Below, one piece after another: positions 43,654 through 46,631 of a stretch of DNA of 46,631 bases. Each line of letters begins with the position of its first letter. The stretch's first letter is position 1. The position numbers were made by a program, and so were the translations under genes. This DNA is from a virus: the IMG/VR virus record IMGVR_UViG_3300045988_051605, positions 1 to 46,631 of that record. One strand, 5' to 3'. A model generated the notes under the pieces. The model ran no database searches. It was given only the letters and a program-made list of their open reading frames with translations, and was not told where the DNA came from.

Positions 43654-43946
43654 TCGACATCCACGCCTACGAGCAAGCCCCCTGTGTCGGAGTACCCGTC
43701 GAGCTTTTCTTCGACTCAGGATTCTACTACCAGGTGTTAAAGGTCTGTTGCTCCCAGTGCCCAGTCAAAGAACTATGTCTTCAAGACTGTCTTGCACTCG
43801 AAGACGTACCTGTCGATGGCAAACGCTACCGGTCGGGAGTCTTCGGTGGAACGACACCAGCTGACAGAAACAGACTGTGCGAGACGAAGTATGAAATTCT
43901 GAACGATAATTGGGAGGAGAAAAATGAAAACCGTCATCGCGATTGA
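43650..43946 (+). CDS. whiB: WhiB-family Fe-S transcription factor, 98 aa
   Basis: Cys pattern C...CSQCPVKELC (C-x2-C-x5-C) and a GVFGG turn. ATGA overlap with the polA stop. Confidence 0.8.
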   Translation: MIDIHAYEQAPCVGVPVELFFDSGFYYQVLKVCCSQCPVKELCLQDCLALEDVPVDGKRYRSGVFGGTTPADRNRLCETKYEILNDNWEEKNENRHRD

Positions 43947-44385
43947 TCCTGGTGTCAACACCGGCCTCGTTGTTGCTCGTGTCGAAGAGGGGGTGGAGAT
44001 TCTGCACTTCGATCAGTTCATCTGTTCGACACACACGCAGACAGTGGGGCTGATCAAGCGATACCTTGACCAGTACCCTGGTGCTGTCGTTGTGTGCGAG
44101 CAGTTCGATCTGCGGCCGGGTAATAAGTTCATGGCTGACCTCACACCAGTGAAGGTGAACGCCGTGTTGGACTGGCTTGTCGATGATGTCCACTACCAGA
44201 CCCCAGCTCAGGCGAAAGGTCTCGTGAAGGACGCTGTGCTAAAAAACCTGGGATGGTGGCTTACCGGCAAGGATGTCGGCTACAAGGATGCGAATGATGT
44301 ACGCGACGCATTCAGGCATCTCGTGTACTACCTCGTGCACGAGATGCGACATAAGTGGACACTCGAGGGCGGCTGGCCGCGGTAA
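43924..44385 (+). CDS. ruvC: RuvC-like Holliday junction resolvase, 153 aa
   Basis: N-terminal VIAIDPG catalytic Asp motif; further acidic residues CEQFD and DANDVRDA. Confidence 0.75.
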   Translation: MKTVIAIDPGVNTGLVVARVEEGVEILHFDQFICSTHTQTVGLIKRYLDQYPGAVVVCEQFDLRPGNKFMADLTPVKVNAVLDWLVDDVHYQTPAQAKGLVKDAVLKNLGWWLTGKDVGYKDANDVRDAFRHLVYYLVHEMRHKWTLEGGWPR

Positions 44386-44431
44386 AAGAAACCCCCTGAC
44401 TAGGAAAGGAGAACTAGTCAGGGGGTTTCTT
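44386..44431. terminator. Bidirectional terminator between convergent ruvC and the 223-aa gene
   Basis: 18-bp perfect stem aagaaaccccctgactag / ctagtcagggggtttctt with a 10-nt loop. Confidence 0.8.
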
Positions 44432-44499
44432 GTACCCAATCCACCCACAGCATTCACACAGAATCCGTTGAATAACTGTCGCTGCTTAGTATAGCATAC

Positions 44500-45171
44500 T
44501 TATCCGATCTTCGACGCCCCAATGCACAGGCCACCCCAACCGATGTTGTTAACAGGTGAACATGAGATCTTCACCTGCACAGGAACGCTACGAGGACCCG
44601 AGGCGTAGTATGCCATTGTCGCCATACGGAACGACAGCACGCCTTCGGAGTGGTTGTACGTGTTGGTTGTTCCGACGTTGTAGAAGATGCCGTCACCGAT
44701 GGCTTGGAAGACGTCGACGTTCGTGTCTTTGGAGCTGTCGTTGTTGTCCAGTGTGATGCAGTTGGAGAACAGCCACAGGCCTTGGCTGGGGATCGCCACG
44801 TTGCGGCTGATGATGGCGCCCGCGCCGTGCTGAGTGTAGCGGTACCACTTCGAGAAAGCCTCATTGTCGTTGATGTACTTAATCTCGGGGGCACCGCCCC
44901 AGATTTTCTTCACGCCGGTGTTCGTCGCGAGGTACATCTCGTTGATGTCGGAGCGGTACACGAGGACGTCGTAGGAGCCGACAGAGGCCTTGTTGATAAT
45001 GGCAAGCTTGTCGCGCTGGTCGTTGTTGTTCTTGGCGATGAGAACGCGGTTCTGTTGGAGGCCTTTAATGACATCCGACACCGTGTTGAAGCCCAGGTTC
45101 ATGAAGGCCGGCCAGGATTGCACGATGTCGCTGTCGGAATAGGTCCAGATTCCTTGGGGGTTGACTGGCAT
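44500..45171 (-). CDS. Hypothetical protein, 223 aa; possible distal minor tail/receptor-binding protein (by position)
   Basis: ORF track; RBS aggagtgaggtactaac then ATG. In the circular map it is the last gene of the tail block. Confidence 0.6.
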   Translation of the reverse strand: MPVNPQGIWTYSDSDIVQSWPAFMNLGFNTVSDVIKGLQQNRVLIAKNNNDQRDKLAIINKASVGSYDVLVYRSDINEMYLATNTGVKKIWGGAPEIKYINDNEAFSKWYRYTQHGAGAIISRNVAIPSQGLWLFSNCITLDNNDSSKDTNVDVFQAIGDGIFYNVGTTNTYNHSEGVLSFRMATMAYYASGPRSVPVQVKISCSPVNNIGWGGLCIGASKIG

Positions 45172-45172
45172 G

Positions 45173-45781
45173 TTAGTACCTCACTCCTGCGATCTGCAGG
45201 GATAGTAGTGCTGTTGAATCCCAGTTGTACACCCAATCGGGGTGTGTACTGGAATTAATCATGTTCACAACCACAATACCATTCTTGTAATGCTCGTAAT
45301 CGATGACAGTGTTGTAGTTGATGTGGGCGACCATCATGGCCCGGCCTTCGTCTCCTGTCGGCTCATATGACAGGAAGCACCGCAGGTAGCGGGTGTCCAT
45401 AGCGCGGGCACCGCGGACGCCGACAGAGACGTCGACGGGGTATCGGTAGCCGCTGTAGAGTTTGAGGCTCAAAGGGATCCGGAGGTATCCGGAGATGGCT
45501 AGCTGCATGAACAGGCCGGAGTCTGCCCAGGGGATACTCGCGTACCAGATGTCCTCGTTGATGCCGACGCCACGTCCTCGGCCGGGTGAGGAGAGGCTTA
45601 CTTCGTCGTAGAAGGGTTTTGCGATGCCGTTGGTGGCGCGCTCCGACACTAGGGAGGTGACACTCTGTGCCGCGTTGTTGGCTGTCGAACGGATCAGCAT
45701 GAGGTCGTTTTCCACTGATGCCAGTCGTTTGTTGATGTCGTTGCCCCATGGTTGGGAGGGGGCGGGGAGGTTGTGTTTCAT
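45173..45781 (-). CDS. Hypothetical protein, 202 aa; possible minor tail protein; probably translated from a leaderless mRNA
   Basis: ORF track. No SD upstream; the sequence there is TGgTATAAT, 6 nt, then ATG. Confidence 0.6.
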   Translation of the reverse strand: MKHNLPAPSQPWGNDINKRLASVENDLMLIRSTANNAAQSVTSLVSERATNGIAKPFYDEVSLSSPGRGRGVGINEDIWYASIPWADSGLFMQLAISGYLRIPLSLKLYSGYRYPVDVSVGVRGARAMDTRYLRCFLSYEPTGDEGRAMMVAHINYNTVIDYEHYKNGIVVVNMINSSTHPDWVYNWDSTALLSLQIAGVRY

Positions 45782-45787
45782 GGGGTA

Positions 45788-45796
45788 ATTATACCA
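45788..45796 (-). promoter_or_regulatory. Extended -10 promoter (TGgTATAAT) placed to start transcription at the ATG of the 202-aa gene
   Basis: Minus strand: TATAAT at 45793..45788, TG at 45796..45795, and 6 nt (tacccc) before ATG 45781. Confidence 0.5.
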
Positions 45797-45823
45797 GTAT
45801 GGCGAGAGTCACTTTCTAATAGC

Positions 45824-45853
45824 TTGCATTCGCGCGTGAGAATCCTGTACTAT
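45824..45853 (+). promoter_or_regulatory. Promoter of the HTH-antirepressor cassette (TTGCAT, 18 nt, TACTAT)
   Basis: -35 at 45824..45829 and -10 at 45848..45853, 38 nt upstream of ATG 45891. Confidence 0.5.
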
Positions 45854-45890
45854 TATTCGTGTCAGAAGGAAACGACAGAAAGGAAATCCA

Positions 45891-46142
45891 ATGACGCCCA
45901 AGTACCTCGGCATCAGCGCCTTCGCCAAGCATGTCGGCCTCACGGACAGCACGATCCAAAGCTACTTCCTCAAGAGCATGCTGCCTGCCCCCGAGATCTA
46001 CTACATCACCGGCAAGGGTGAACGCCCCGGCTGGCACATCGACACTGTCGAGCACTGGATGAATAACCGCCCCGGGTCGGGACGCAGGTACGCATCTATG
46101 AAACGCCACCCCAGCAACAACTCTACGAAGGAGAACAACTAA
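45891..46142 (+). CDS. Small HTH DNA-binding protein (HTH_17/excisionase-like style), 83 aa
   Basis: YLGISAFAKHVGLTDSTIQSYF helix-turn-helix pattern. RBS gaaaggaaatcca then ATG. TAATG overlap with the ant start. Confidence 0.55.
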   Translation: MTPKYLGISAFAKHVGLTDSTIQSYFLKSMLPAPEIYYITGKGERPGWHIDTVEHWMNNRPGSGRRYASMKRHPSNNSTKENN

Positions 46143-46631
46143 TGAACGACATCACCATCTTCAACCACCTCGGCAACGACATCCGCGTCATGACAGACGA
46201 ACAAGGCGAACCACTCTTCGTCCTCAAAGACGTGTGTAATGCTCTTGGAATCACCAACACTAGGAATGTTTCCGCCCGCCTCGATGAAGACATGAAGGGT
46301 GTCCGCCCGGTGGACACCCTTGGAGGCACGCAACAGCTTACGGTCATCAATGAGGTGGGCCTCTATGAAGTCATCATTCGATCTGATAAGCCTGAGGCTA
46401 CACAGTTCCGTCGTTGGGTCACCAGCGAGGTCCTCCCCTCAATCCGCAAACACGGAATGTACGCTACACCAGCCACCATCGAAGACATGATCGCCAACCC
46501 CGACATGGCAATCAAACTCCTCACAACCCTCAAGGAAGAACGAGCAGCACGCGCCAAAGCCGAAGCAGAAATCGAAGCCCAACGCCCTGTCGCAGCCCTC
46601 GGCAAAGCCATCGAAACAGCAGAAGGAGACC
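46142..46631 (+). CDS. ant: Antirepressor, N-terminal BRO-N domain part; CDS runs off the window and continues at 1..309 across the circular junction
   Basis: Hand translation MNDITIFNHLGNDIRVMTDEQGEPLFVLKDVCNALGITNTRNVSARLDEDMKGV... (BRO-N pattern). No stop before the window end. Confidence 0.85.
   Translation, partial: MNDITIFNHLGNDIRVMTDEQGEPLFVLKDVCNALGITNTRNVSARLDEDMKGVRPVDTLGGTQQLTVINEVGLYEVIIRSDKPEATQFRRWVTSEVLPSIRKHGMYATPATIEDMIANPDMAIKLLTTLKEERAARAKAEAEIEAQRPVAALGKAIETAEGD
46577..46631. repeat. Second copy of the 55-nt terminal duplication (identical to 1..55)
   Basis: Read directly. Confidence 0.95.

Overview
The window is one complete, circularly closed genome of a siphovirus-type tailed phage. 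The first 55 nt (1..55) are identical to the last 55 nt (46577..46631), so the unique length is 46576 bp. The duplication has the form of a circular assembly overlap. A WhiB-family gene, leaderless-type promoters and the codon style point to an actinobacterial host. The endolysin carries choline-binding-type wall repeats, no LysB-like esterase is seen, and a glycerophosphodiester phosphodiesterase is present, so the host probably has teichoic acids and lacks mycolic acids.

Layout:
- A ~1.9 kb non-coding control region (27242..29343) drives two divergent arms.
- The leftward (minus) arm carries small early genes, tRNA-Leu(CAA), dUTPase, NrdH, endolysin and holin. It continues with GDPD, TerS, TerL, portal, scaffold, decoration protein, major capsid, connectors, major tail protein, chaperones, a 1725-aa tape measure, Dit and Tal.
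- The rightward (plus) arm carries small early genes and the replication/recombination module: SNF2 helicase, dCMP deaminase, Cas4-like nuclease, AAA_24 ATPase, DUF669-like protein, primase-helicase, family A polymerase, WhiB and RuvC.
- A plus-strand HTH + antirepressor cassette sits antisense inside the tail gene block and crosses the circular junction.
- No integrase, CI-like repressor or partition genes were recognised.

Most notable observations:
1. A 145-aa class 3 mini-intein splits the Walker A P-loop of the large terminase.
2. Three tRNA-like acceptor/T-arm minihelices lack D and anticodon arms. Each lies upstream of an 11-nt ACCGAAAGGTA ribosome-binding box and they punctuate the first early-right genes.
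3. The octamer TGTCGAAG is strongly over-represented and co-oriented with transcription. It occurs in two reading frames and clusters in a ~600-bp degenerate repeat array in the control region.
4. A ~20% G+C island lies in the same region and is a candidate origin.
5. The tail chaperone pair has +1/-2 rather than -1 frame geometry.

All coordinates and counts were read by eye from the sequence. Functional calls rest on motifs and synteny, not on database searches.
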